This document shows positions 17,230 through 25,818 of a DNA stretch of 52,215 nt, one piece after another. The notes below the pieces were generated by a model. The model saw only the letters and a list, made by a program, of their open reading frames with translations, was not told the origin of the DNA and did no database searches. Source of the stretch: a virus (lineage: Duplodnaviria > Caudoviricetes); IMG/VR virus record IMGVR_UViG_3300027987_000273, positions 1 through 52,215 of that record; one strand, written 5' to 3'. Within the stretch, counting starts at the first letter, position 1; each line of letters begins with the position of its first letter. The position numbers were made by a program, and so were the translations under genes.

Positions 17230-17706
17230 TCACTCGTCGTCGGAACCCGTGGACAGGTGCCCAGCGACGTCGACGACCGGAAGGCGCCCCAGAGCCGCCT
17301 CGCGCTTCGCCTGGAGCCTGTCGATCTCGGCCTGGCGTTCCAGCGGGGTCATCGCCCGGACGTCCACATGACCTGATACCGTGTGCTCCACCTTCGTGGG
17401 GCTGTCGAGCCCGTCGAACTTCTGCCAGGTCTGGAGGACCGTGGCCGCCGCCCGGTAGTCTCCAGCGTCGAGCGACTGGTTCCAGCTGTATTGGAGGCGC
17501 TGGCGATGCTGGGCGCGCCTCTCGGGCCGGTAGCGCTCCTCCTCGGTGGCCCACTGCTTGCGGACCAGGGTGGCCCATTCCCGGACCGTGTACCGCGAGA
17601 TCCCGAACTCCTCGGCGACCTCGCGCCAGAAGTCGGTGACCCGCTCGCCCCGGATTAGCCGGAGCTCCACCGCCCTGAACGCGAGGGGGTCTCGGGGCTT
17701 CCGCAT
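17230..17706 (-). CDS. terS: Probable terminase small subunit
   Basis: N-terminal HTH (EVAEEFGISRYTVREW), helical core, GLDSPTKVEHTVSG...MTPLERQAEI C-terminus typical of TerS; TATACT-N6-ATG. Confidence 0.7.
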   Translation of the reverse strand: MRKPRDPLAFRAVELRLIRGERVTDFWREVAEEFGISRYTVREWATLVRKQWATEEERYRPERRAQHRQRLQYSWNQSLDAGDYRAAATVLQTWQKFDGLDSPTKVEHTVSGHVDVRAMTPLERQAEIDRLQAKREAALGRLPVVDVAGHLSTGSDDE

Positions 17707-17786
17707 GGTCTCAGTATACCCCCGGACAGCGACCTGTGTTCACCTGAATCTCCTCCTGTGTCATAGTGCTGCGTTAGGCCACCTAT

Positions 17787-17827
17787 GAAACGGTGTTTCC
17801 GCGTTTCACAGCGTTTCACTCCGTTGC
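17787..17827. repeat. 10-bp-phased CGTT(T/G)C repeats (iteron-like cluster 2)
   Basis: Copies at 17802, 17812, 17822, plus an inverted GAAACG at 17787. Confidence 0.45.
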
Positions 17828-17997
17828 GCCATTCGGAGGGTCTCCAGGGTCACGTTCTGGTCGAGACATCTGGTGGAGCAGCACCAGCCCTCGGGGTAGG
17901 CCGCGTAACCGCCTCGCAGGGTGAGGCGCTTACAGACTCTGCATCGGATGGCCGCCCGTGAGAGGACGCGACAGAGCGTCAGGGCGAGGTCTGGCAC
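17806..17997 (-). CDS. Small Zn-finger protein
   Basis: CRVC...CCSTRC. Confidence 0.5.
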   Translation of the reverse strand: MPDLALTLCRVLSRAAIRCRVCKRLTLRGGYAAYPEGWCCSTRCLDQNVTLETLRMAQRSETL

Positions 17998-18000
17998 TGG

Positions 18001-18270
18001 TCACTCCGCCGGAGCTTCAACACAGGAGCCTGGGCCGTGGTCGTCCACAGATTGCACAGGTAATCCACAGAGGCCGCACCGCTGGAGGCGCTGGACCCGG
18101 AGCTTCGGGGGACAGACCATGTAGCCCCCGCCCTTGATGGACAGGTGCGGAGCCTTCATCCACTCGCGTCGGACGACGTCGGCGACCTCGACCACCGCCT
18201 CGTCCCAGGGGTGAATCTTCAGGATGTCGCCGGGGACCACGTCGTCGGCGCTGCATTCTTGCCAGTTCAT
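18001..18270 (-). CDS. Hypothetical protein with CxxC
   Basis: GAGGAGG SD before ATG 18270. Confidence 0.55.
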   Translation of the reverse strand: MNWQECSADDVVPGDILKIHPWDEAVVEVADVVRREWMKAPHLSIKGGGYMVCPPKLRVQRLQRCGLCGLPVQSVDDHGPGSCVEAPAE

Positions 18271-18449
18271 TCGCTTCCTCCTCGCCATCGGCCACGCCAC
18301 CAGAACCGCGGGCCTTGCTTCATGGGGTTCGAGATGGGCCCTCTGGCCCGAGCCTTCATCAGGCAGATGCGACAGTAGTCCTCGCCCTCGACGTACAGCG
18401 TCATCGGGCGCCGACAGATGGCGCATCGCTTAACCGGTGTGTCGTTCAC
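18267..18449 (-). CDS. Small Zn-finger protein
   Basis: CAIC...CRIC; GGAG SD. Confidence 0.55.
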   Translation of the reverse strand: MNDTPVKRCAICRRPMTLYVEGEDYCRICLMKARARGPISNPMKQGPRFWWRGRWRGGSE

Positions 18450-18768
18450 GGGTCTCCTCCTGGGCCCCGATACCGATGACGAGCCACGACCAGCGACCAT
18501 CGCGCTGGCGCGCCATGAGGCGCACCTTCCGCCCCTGGAGCGGGCCGGTCTCGGTGATGGTCTCGGTGTGGATGGGGCCTTCGTGGTAGTTGCACTCTGG
18601 ATGGGGACAGGGCCGCCCAGGGACACAGTCGGCGCACGGGGGGCCATGCGCGAACTCCTGGACGTCGGCGCGCTGGAGGGCGTGGCATCGGGAACACCGC
18701 CACCAGGGCGCGCCCAGGAGCTCGACCAGGGCCCACTCCGGGTGGAGGCACTGATTAGCGGCGTTCAT
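18430..18768 (-). CDS. Cys-rich protein
   Basis: CSRC, CADC, CPHPEC; AGGAG SD. Confidence 0.55.
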   Translation of the reverse strand: MNAANQCLHPEWALVELLGAPWWRCSRCHALQRADVQEFAHGPPCADCVPGRPCPHPECNYHEGPIHTETITETGPLQGRKVRLMARQRDGRWSWLVIGIGAQEETRERHTG

Positions 18769-18925
18769 CGTGCTCCTGGAGCCATTCGCGGAGGCGATGG
18801 ACGAAGCCCTCCAGCCATTTCGACTGGAGCCACTGCTTCGCCAGGACGCCGTATACCTCGCGGGCCTCGTCGATGGACAGGTCAACGATCAGGCGGTTGG
18901 ATCGTCCGTTGCGGAACTTTCGCAT
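18755..18925 (-). CDS. Hypothetical protein (56 aa; not in ORF track)
   Basis: AAGGAG SD; MRKFRNGRSNRLIVDLSIDEAREVY... Confidence 0.5.
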   Translation of the reverse strand: MRKFRNGRSNRLIVDLSIDEAREVYGVLAKQWLQSKWLEGFVHRLREWLQEHDERR

Positions 18926-19215
18926 ATAGGCTCCTTGGCCGCAGCCATGGCGCGGAGTGAGAGTAACAGTTCACGGGCCTGGATCTCCGACTCGAGCTGT
19001 CCGACCGTGGCGATGATGTCGATGAGGAGCTGCTTGTAGGCGTCGTGGCATCGGCCACACAGGAGCGTCCACTCCCCGAAGGTGCGCGCGGGGAGCCGGA
19101 ACCCCCGCAGCCAGGGATCAGGAACCGGGCCGGAGAGGATGGCGTCTCCGCCGCAACGGTCACACCGGTGGCCGCAGAGCTGCTCGGCGACCGCGCGTCG
19201 TTCGTCCTGGGTCAT
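18889..19215 (-). CDS. Zn-finger plus coiled-coil protein
   Basis: CDRCG...LCGRC. Confidence 0.6.
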   Translation of the reverse strand: MTQDERRAVAEQLCGHRCDRCGGDAILSGPVPDPWLRGFRLPARTFGEWTLLCGRCHDAYKQLLIDIIATVGQLESEIQARELLLSLRAMAAAKEPICESSATDDPTA

Positions 19216-19460
19216 GTCCTGCTCCCCATGTAGGTGACACAGACGAACAGCTTCGCCGTTCGCCTGGTCTGGTACCGTCGACCCAGGCGCCGACCGAGGC
19301 CCCCAGCAGCGCCGCGGACCGTCGCCCGCGCGACGTAGCCCTCTGCGAGGAAGCAGATGGTCTCGCCGATGTCCATGTCCAGGATGATGGCGGAGCGTCC
19401 GTGCTCCTTGGTTAGGTGTTCGGGTTCAATTACTCGTCGGCCGTGCAGAGGACAGAGCAT
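19212..19460 (-). CDS. Hypothetical protein
   Basis: ORF track; AGGAG SD. Confidence 0.5.
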   Translation of the reverse strand: MLCPLHGRRVIEPEHLTKEHGRSAIILDMDIGETICFLAEGYVARATVRGAAGGLGRRLGRRYQTRRTAKLFVCVTYMGSRT

Positions 19461-19932
19461 GGAGTCTCCTGGCTTGTTCTTTGTTCAGGGCCGCGAGCTG
19501 CTCGTGGAGCTCCTCGCGGGCCTTCCGTTGCGCTGGCGCGGGGAGTGCCGCCAGCCATTTCTCGAGCTTGTCGCGCCCCTCCTGGATGACCATTTTGTCG
19601 CCCTTCGGGTGCTTCACGAGCTCGATGGGGACGTTCGCGCGGAAGGCCTTCTCCCACTTCTCGGCCGCGTATTTCGCCCGCACGTACAGCCTGATCAGTT
19701 CCGTGTCCTGCTTGCGACGTCGAGGGGTTCTCGAATCTTTAGGCGCAGGGCTCGACTCGACCCCCAGAACAGGCGCAGGCGACTCCGCTGGAGCTTCAGC
19801 AGTGCCACCAGCTCCCTGGTCTCCTGGTCGAGTTGTCGGTTCGTCGCCCAGGGCTTGGCCGCCTTGAGCTTTCGGCGGAATCTCCGCCTCGCGAGTGGTC
19901 CCATCGTCTGTTCCTTCGTTTTTCATTTGCAC
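19426..19932 (-). CDS. Hypothetical basic protein
   Basis: Disordered N-terminus, helical C-terminus. Confidence 0.55.
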   Translation of the reverse strand: MQMKNEGTDDGTTREAEIPPKAQGGQALGDEPTTRPGDQGAGGTAEAPAESPAPVLGVESSPAPKDSRTPRRRKQDTELIRLYVRAKYAAEKWEKAFRANVPIELVKHPKGDKMVIQEGRDKLEKWLAALPAPAQRKAREELHEQLAALNKEQARRLHALSSARPTSN

Positions 19933-20228
19933 ACGACCCTAACCCAGCGGACCGGGGTCCCGAGAGGGACCGACCGCAGCCACTGGGGGCCGAGGTCGAT
20001 CCGACGGGTCCGCCGGTTCCACAGGTGCACCATAGCGGCGCTGTCCGTCACCCAGCCGATCTCGGCCCAGGTGCAAAATTTCGGCGACCCGACACAGACC
20101 ACGTCCCCACCCAGGCACTGGTCGATGATGCCCAGTCGGCCGACCGCCGCCTCCTTCCCCTTCATCGAGCGCTCGTCGACGTGGTGGGGCTTGAGCGGGC
20201 TCCAGTCGAGCTCGCCGAACTGTGTCAC
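19923..20228 (-). CDS. Hypothetical protein
   Basis: GTGA overlap with the MTase stop; AGGAGG SD. Confidence 0.55.
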   Translation of the reverse strand: MTQFGELDWSPLKPHHVDERSMKGKEAAVGRLGIIDQCLGGDVVCVGSPKFCTWAEIGWVTDSAAMVHLWNRRTRRIDLGPQWLRSVPLGTPVRWVRVVCK

Positions 20229-20962
20229 AGGAGATCCTCCTGTTTCGCCTTCGCCCCCTGGGGGAGCTCGAGCTCGGCCTGCTCGCTGATATCCGCGATG
20301 CGCCGGTTCGCCGCCTTGGCCCACTCGGGGTTCAGCTCCACGCCCAGGCCCTCACGCCCCCATCGTTTCGCCGCGGCGATGGTGGTGCCCGAACCCGCGA
20401 ACGGGTCCAGGATACGGTCGCCCCGCTCCGTGAAGTCGCGGACCAGGGCCTCCATCAGCTCGAGGGGCTTCTGGGTGGAGTGGATGGCATCGCGGACGAC
20501 CCGGGCCTTCCAGACCGCGGGACGACCGCCGCCGTTCCAGCGCATCCGTCCCGACTCCCTGGGCGCATGGCCGATCACAATGCACTCGTGCCCAATCCCG
20601 GGCCGGTCGCCGGTGAACTGCGGGGTCCCCGCCTCCTTCAGCCAGATCCCACACCGGACATACTCGATGTCCCTGAACGAGAACTCGCGCATCCACTCCG
20701 TGACGCTTTCGGCGTCGCAGAACACGATGATCCACCGCTTCGCGATGCGCGCGAACTCGCGCGTCACGTCCGAGCGGATCTTCGGGGTGATGGGCTCGTA
20801 GCCGAAGTCCTTCATCTCCGAGACCGCGTTCTTCGACCCCTTCCGGCTGTTCCGGTGGACGATGGGCCGATAGGGCGGATCGGTGATCACGTGGTCGATG
20901 GCCCGGTCGGGGATCTTCGCCATGAATTCCCGACAGTCGCCGGCGTACACTCGACAGGTCAC
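20225..20962 (-). CDS. DNA methyltransferase, N6-adenine/N4-cytosine, beta class
   Basis: GDC...ITDPPY...HSTQKP...ILDPFAGSGTT; true start is probably GTG 20962. Confidence 0.92.
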   Translation of the reverse strand: MTCRVYAGDCREFMAKIPDRAIDHVITDPPYRPIVHRNSRKGSKNAVSEMKDFGYEPITPKIRSDVTREFARIAKRWIIVFCDAESVTEWMREFSFRDIEYVRCGIWLKEAGTPQFTGDRPGIGHECIVIGHAPRESGRMRWNGGGRPAVWKARVVRDAIHSTQKPLELMEALVRDFTERGDRILDPFAGSGTTIAAAKRWGREGLGVELNPEWAKAANRRIADISEQAELELPQGAKAKQEDLL

Positions 20963-21636
20963 AGGGCCCTCCTCATGTCGGGATCGGCAATCTGGCGGAA
21001 TTCGCCGTGTTGGCGGAGCCGCGAGATGATGCGCGCCCCGTAGCGCTGGCGGAGCTGGTCGGGGGTGAGGTTCGTCGTGACGATGAGACAGGCCATCCGG
21101 GTCGCGTAGATGTCGAACAGCTCGTCGAGGTCGGCCAGGATGTTCCCCTTCCCGTCGGCGTATTCGGCGCCCAGGTCGTCGAGGACCAGGGCGGAGCAGG
21201 TCTGCCAGCGCTCGCGGAGGCGCCGGTCGTAGCGGCCCGCCGCCTCGAAGGCGTGGGCGCGCATGAAGAACGGGCTCGAGCCCCCGTGGTCGCCAATCCA
21301 CCGGACCGCCGCCCAGGTCTTCCCGGAACCGACCCCGCCCGCGATGATCCGGATGTTCTTCTCGGCGCCGCAGGTGCCCAGGCCCACCAGCGCTCTGAGA
21401 GCCCCTGTGTCGCGTTTGAATTCTGGGGCGTAAATGCTGCGGACTATCTTCTCGGGGGCCTCTCCGGCCAGGAGAACGGCTCTCCGTTCACGCTGGCGCT
21501 TCTCCTCCTCTCGGTCCACGTCGTCGATGAACTTGGCCTTCACCTGGGCATCGTGGGCCGCGCAGGCTTCGGGGTCGTCCAGGTCTACGCCCTGGTTCTC
21601 TAGTATCTTCGCGAATTCATTACCTAACCGTTTCAC
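20959..21636 (-). CDS. DnaC/IstB-like AAA+ helicase loader
   Basis: GGVGSGKT, LVLDDLG, IVTTNL, YGARIISRL. Confidence 0.9.
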   Translation of the reverse strand: MKRLGNEFAKILENQGVDLDDPEACAAHDAQVKAKFIDDVDREEEKRQRERRAVLLAGEAPEKIVRSIYAPEFKRDTGALRALVGLGTCGAEKNIRIIAGGVGSGKTWAAVRWIGDHGGSSPFFMRAHAFEAAGRYDRRLRERWQTCSALVLDDLGAEYADGKGNILADLDELFDIYATRMACLIVTTNLTPDQLRQRYGARIISRLRQHGEFRQIADPDMRRAL

Positions 21637-22880
21637 AGCTTCACCTCGCCCTCGACTTCTGGGCGCTCTTGGGGTTCGACACGGCCGAACCGGACATCAC
21701 TCTCGGGGGTTCCAATCTGCCCCAGGATGCGAAGAAAATTCTCCTCGCGCCAGTGGCTCACCCCGTTGAACCAGCGGGCCTGGCCAGCATCGCGCCGCAC
21801 ACGGTCGGCGATGTGGTCCAGGACGTCGAAGGCGCGCTCCTTGCCATAGGCGCGAATGCAATCCGCGACCCGGGCCAGGGCCTCGGCCTTCGGCTTCAGA
21901 CGCCTCGAGGTCGGGATGATTGCCGCCCGGAGGCTCTCCTGGTAGGCCCAGACCTCGGTCGCCTCGTCGCCCAGCTCCTCCAGGGCCTTCTCGATGCGCG
22001 TCTGCTTCTGGGTCACACACCGGAGCCCGACGACCAGGTCCACGCCCTCGGGGGCGCCGCCGACCCACTCGCCCCGGACGACCACCACGCGGATGTCCGC
22101 CTCGGACTCCTGGAGCTTCGTGACGGCCTTCCCCGTTGGGGTGCGGTTGGAGAACTCCACCGCGACACGGACGCCATCACGGACAGCCAGGGCGCCCAGG
22201 CGCCCGCCGTAGCCGTCCCCCCTGTCGGCGACGGGGATCTGGGTCTCGACCTCGAAGCCCGCCGCCTCCAGCGCACGGACGACCGCAGCCTTCGCCGCTG
22301 TCGCTGTGTCCGCGACCGAACCCTGGAGCCCCTCGAGGACGGCCTGGAGGTCGGTGGCGCCCCCGCCACCCTGGCGGGGGTTAGGGGGTAGGGCTTCTCC
22401 TCTCTTCTCTTCTCCTCTCTTCTCCTCTATGTGCGTTTCACCGTTCCGGGTCGTTCCGTTGCGTTTCGTCCCGTTTCGTACCGTTTCATCCGGTGGGTCT
22501 AAGTCGCCTGATCGCTTACGCTCGCGACACTTCCTGACTCGATCTGTGGATAAGTCCTTCGACAAGGACCATTCAGGTCCCCATCCAGTGATCGAGAAAT
22601 AAGCCCCTTCACGCGCGAGTAAACCCGACCGCTCGGCCCGGTCGAGCGAAAATTCCATGACCTCCTCGGGGGAGATCTTCAGGATGTCGGCCTCGCGGGC
22701 CAGTCCGGTGACCTGGGCCAGGTATGCCGGGTTCGCGTAGCCCACCGGTATCAGCCCGCCGTGGTCGTTGAACCGGTTGATCAGGAGGAGGTCGATGAAG
22801 GTGTTCGTCGCGAAGTAGCCCGCCTGGAGACACTTCGGGTTCTGTCGAATGGATGCGCCTATCTTCTGCCAGCTTGCCAC
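21633..22880 (-). CDS. Phage replication initiator (lambda O/DnaD-like architecture)
   Basis: Upstream of the loader; STDRVRKCRERKR and EEKRGEEKRG linkers; internal short repeats. Confidence 0.75.
   Translation of the reverse strand: MASWQKIGASIRQNPKCLQAGYFATNTFIDLLLINRFNDHGGLIPVGYANPAYLAQVTGLAREADILKISPEEVMEFSLDRAERSGLLAREGAYFSITGWGPEWSLSKDLSTDRVRKCRERKRSGDLDPPDETVRNGTKRNGTTRNGETHIEEKRGEEKRGEALPPNPRQGGGGATDLQAVLEGLQGSVADTATAAKAAVVRALEAAGFEVETQIPVADRGDGYGGRLGALAVRDGVRVAVEFSNRTPTGKAVTKLQESEADIRVVVVRGEWVGGAPEGVDLVVGLRCVTQKQTRIEKALEELGDEATEVWAYQESLRAAIIPTSRRLKPKAEALARVADCIRAYGKERAFDVLDHIADRVRRDAGQARWFNGVSHWREENFLRILGQIGTPESDVRFGRVEPQERPEVEGEVKL
22434..22487. repeat. Iteron-like 10-bp-phased CGTT(T/C)C repeats in the initiator gene (probable origin)
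   Basis: Copies at 22442, 22452, 22462, 22472, 22482; perfect DnaA box TGTGGATAA at 22545-22553. Confidence 0.6.
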
Positions 22881-22940
22881 CTGGGCCCTCCCTGTTCGGA
22901 CTCCGGACTAACGCGAACTCCGGAAGGATGTCCAGGTGGT

Positions 22941-22995
22941 TGAAACTGTTATTTTTCCCATCCACAGGGTGTGCACAGATTGTGCACACAATCTC
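22941..22995. promoter_or_regulatory. AT-rich tract plus three 11-bp-spaced DnaA-box-like 9-mers
   Basis: TGAAACTGTTATTTTT, then CCATCCACA (22958), GTGTGCACA (22969), TTGTGCACA (22980). Confidence 0.45.
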
Positions 22996-23218
22996 AAGGG
23001 GCCCGATCGCACTGGGCCGCGTCGATAAGCTCCTCGAGCTCCTGGGCTTCCGCCTCGGTGAGGTTCTCCGCGGCCCTCTCGAGCCACTCGCGAACTTTTT
23101 TCGAGGCCTCGTTCCCGTCGGCGAGACGGTAGAGGAGGTCCTTCAGGGCGCGCAGCTGCTCGACGTGGTAGCCGGTCGGGGTATCGCCCCACTCGAGCTC
23201 GAGGGTAATCTTCGCCAT
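22994..23218 (-). CDS. Hypothetical helical protein
   Basis: TAGGTT-N6-ATG leaderless start. Confidence 0.65.
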   Translation of the reverse strand: MAKITLELEWGDTPTGYHVEQLRALKDLLYRLADGNEASKKVREWLERAAENLTEAEAQELEELIDAAQCDRAP

Positions 23219-23257
23219 GGGCGGAACCTATCCACAGGGAGGAGGGTTCGTCACCCG

Positions 23258-23298
23258 AAAAATGCAAGGCCCCACCGCCGGGGGGGACGGTGGGGCCT
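23258..23298 (-). terminator. Intrinsic terminator after the recombinase gene
   Basis: 11-bp stem AGGCCCCACCG/CGGTGGGGCCT, then TGCATTTTT. Confidence 0.7.
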
Positions 23299-23343
23299 CA
23301 GAGGATGCAGCGACCCACTCGGAGAGGCGCCGCTGACAGTCTA

Positions 23344-24504
23344 TCAGGAGGAGCCTTCGCGCATCCAGTCAGGGAGGTCCTCGTCGTCGAACACCTCGCC
23401 AGTATTGGGATCGTGCGCAGGCTCCTCGGGGTCCTGGGCCTCCTGGGCTTCCGCCTCGGCGCGCTCCTGGGCGAGGATGGCCGCCTGCTCCTCCTCAGTC
23501 GGAGGGCTGGGCGCCTGCTGGTCGGCCTTCTTCTTGGCCGCCTTCTTCTTCTTGACCGCCTTGGCCTTCTCGCCCAGGCGCTCCGTGACCTTCGGCGTCT
23601 TCTGGGCGAGCTTGTCCTTCACCGCCTGGGCGCCGACGTTGGGCTTCTTGTCGTCCTCGGCCGGGGCTTCCTTCGCGTTGTCCATCACCGCCGCCCAGGA
23701 GGTCTCGCCGTCCCGGATGGCCGCGTAGATCTCGCGCAGGGTCACCAGCTGGGCCGGGCTGCACTTCCCGACCTCATGGCCGAGATACTGCTTCAGGTCG
23801 CCCGGGGTCACGTTCAGCGCGGAGAAGGCGTCGACGATCTTCCGGGCCTCGGCGTCGGGGTCCTTGGCCGCCCTCGAGTGTTTCGTGGCGTCGATGGCAC
23901 GTTCGGACTCTTCCTGGAGCCACCCGGGGATCAGTCGGAGCCCGCAGGTGCGGACAGCCTTCGAGACCAGGGCCGCCTCCTTGTTCAGGATCTCGTCGTC
24001 GGTGGCCTCGACGATGTGGACCAGGTCGCCGTAGCTGTTCCGGCGCGACCCGAGCGACTTCTGGTCCTTCTTGAGGTACCGACGCTCGACGGTCTTCTTG
24101 ACGGTGATCTGCTTGCGATGGCAGACGTTGCGCTGGTAGTCGGTCACCGACACCTCGACGATGCGCTTCTCGTTGTCGTCGTAGATGGTGATCGCCTGGG
24201 TGTCGACGTTCCCCATGGCCTGGAGGGCCTGCTCGACGTACCGGATCGACAGGCCCGAGACGCCGTCGCCGATGGGGAGATGGTACTTCGCGACCTCGGC
24301 GAATGATGGCCGCTGGCACTCGCGGAGCAGGGAGGCGCGGACGTCCTCCATGTCCCGCGGAGCCCGCAGGGCCACAATCCACCGGGCCTCGATGGAGGCC
24401 TTCGCCTGGGCCGCGACAGCGACCGAGCTGGTCTCTTGAACGGTGGCCAGCTGGTGGCCCCCGAAGTGTTCCTGGCGCACCAGGGCGCCGCTTCCGTTTT
24501 CCAT
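23344..24504 (-). CDS. Probable single-strand annealing recombinase (partner of YqaJ)
   Basis: Follows the exonuclease gene; PRD...A.Y.LP...GLSIR...GN core; acidic tail ending HDPNTGEV...LPDW. Confidence 0.7.
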   Translation of the reverse strand: MENGSGALVRQEHFGGHQLATVQETSSVAVAAQAKASIEARWIVALRAPRDMEDVRASLLRECQRPSFAEVAKYHLPIGDGVSGLSIRYVEQALQAMGNVDTQAITIYDDNEKRIVEVSVTDYQRNVCHRKQITVKKTVERRYLKKDQKSLGSRRNSYGDLVHIVEATDDEILNKEAALVSKAVRTCGLRLIPGWLQEESERAIDATKHSRAAKDPDAEARKIVDAFSALNVTPGDLKQYLGHEVGKCSPAQLVTLREIYAAIRDGETSWAAVMDNAKEAPAEDDKKPNVGAQAVKDKLAQKTPKVTERLGEKAKAVKKKKAAKKKADQQAPSPPTEEEQAAILAQERAEAEAQEAQDPEEPAHDPNTGEVFDDEDLPDWMREGSS

Positions 24505-24518
24505 GCGTGTCTCCTGTG

Positions 24519-24677
24519 TCATGACGGGGGACGTGTAGCACGGGCCGGTGACTGGCGCATACCACGGATCGCGGAGTGGTGGACGTGGTGATAGCACCAG
24601 CCACAAAGGAGTCGATTGCACGCCTGGCACCGCCTCCGCCTTCGGCAATCTTCCCCGCAGTCGTCGCAGGGCTTCAT
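24519..24677 (-). CDS. Small Cys/His-rich Zn-finger protein (52 aa)
   Basis: CDDC...CQAC...CGWC..H; ATGA overlap with the YqaJ stop. Confidence 0.55.
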   Translation of the reverse strand: MKPCDDCGEDCRRRRRCQACNRLLCGWCYHHVHHSAIRGMRQSPARATRPPS

Positions 24678-25738
24678 TTCGACCAGGTCCTGGGCACACA
24701 GAACCGCCGCGACCCGGGCTTCTTGGTGGTGCTGAGGCTCACGATATGATTGCACCAGCCCTCGGTCGTCTTCACGTGGTCGTCCGCGTCGGGGAACTGC
24801 GAGACCGCGTTCAGCAGCTGGCCGCGGTACAGCTGCGCGACCTCCTTCCAGTCGACCTTCTGCGAGTCCTTCGACCGACGCCAGGTGATCTCCCCCAGGG
24901 AGCTGGTCACCGCGTCGGCGCCACCGATGAACCCTTTGATCCGCTGTTCCAGTTCGGCCTCGCGCTTCTCGAGCTCCTTTTTCTCCGCGCGCACCTCGCG
25001 GAGCTCGGCGATGTTCTCCTCGATGTCGGGGGTCGCCTCGATGGCCTCCGGTCTCGGATTCGGGAACCTGGAGGCCAGATATTCGGTGTAGAACTTCGAC
25101 CCGTCGGGCTCGGGCTCGACGTTCGCCACCACGTGATTGAACCAGAAGTCGCGACCGACCTCGACCAGCTGGCCCTCGAGCTCCTCGTCTCGGTGGATGG
25201 TGTAGTCGTGGGTCACGTTGTCCATCCACACACAGAGGTCCCAGCGCTCCAGGGGGACGCCGTAGACCGACCGGGCGACGTAGATGTTCCAGGCGCACTG
25301 GATGATCTCCCAGGGCGGGACGTCGTCGGTCCCCTGCTCGCCGTACAGGTGATCCATCCACCCGGTGTGGGTCTTAATCTCGAGACCGCGACAGGGGAGC
25401 TCGGCCTTCATGATGAGGTCTGGCCGGTGCGCGATGGCCAGGGCCTCGAAGCAGATGCCATCGGGTGTGGCGATGGCCCAGGGCTGCTCGCGGTGTCGCA
25501 GGCTCCCAGGGACGTCGACCAGGAGCTCGAACCGCCGCTGGTATCGGTTGCGGATGTAGGGCTCGAGGAGGTCACCGATCTCGCGCCGCTCGTTGTCCTC
25601 CTCGTCGGGGAACTCGAGCCCCTTTTTCAGGCGCCAGACGTTGATCGCCCCCTTGTAGGGCGAGACGCCGCAGATGGCCGCCATGTCAGTCGCAGTGATC
25701 CCGCCTCGCCGAAAGGCGAGCTGTTCCTGTGTCAGCAT
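24674..25738 (-). CDS. YqaJ-like (lambda-exo family) recombination exonuclease
   Basis: RRGGITATD, G..LEP, ATPDG, LEIKT, IQC motifs. Confidence 0.92.
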   Translation of the reverse strand: MLTQEQLAFRRGGITATDMAAICGVSPYKGAINVWRLKKGLEFPDEEDNERREIGDLLEPYIRNRYQRRFELLVDVPGSLRHREQPWAIATPDGICFEALAIAHRPDLIMKAELPCRGLEIKTHTGWMDHLYGEQGTDDVPPWEIIQCAWNIYVARSVYGVPLERWDLCVWMDNVTHDYTIHRDEELEGQLVEVGRDFWFNHVVANVEPEPDGSKFYTEYLASRFPNPRPEAIEATPDIEENIAELREVRAEKKELEKREAELEQRIKGFIGGADAVTSSLGEITWRRSKDSQKVDWKEVAQLYRGQLLNAVSQFPDADDHVKTTEGWCNHIVSLSTTKKPGSRRFCVPRTWSK

Positions 25739-25818
25739 CGGGGGACGCTAACAGACACGGGCCAGGACGACGAGCAGGAACAGAACGGCCGACCACACAG
25801 CGAGCGATCGTTCGGTTC

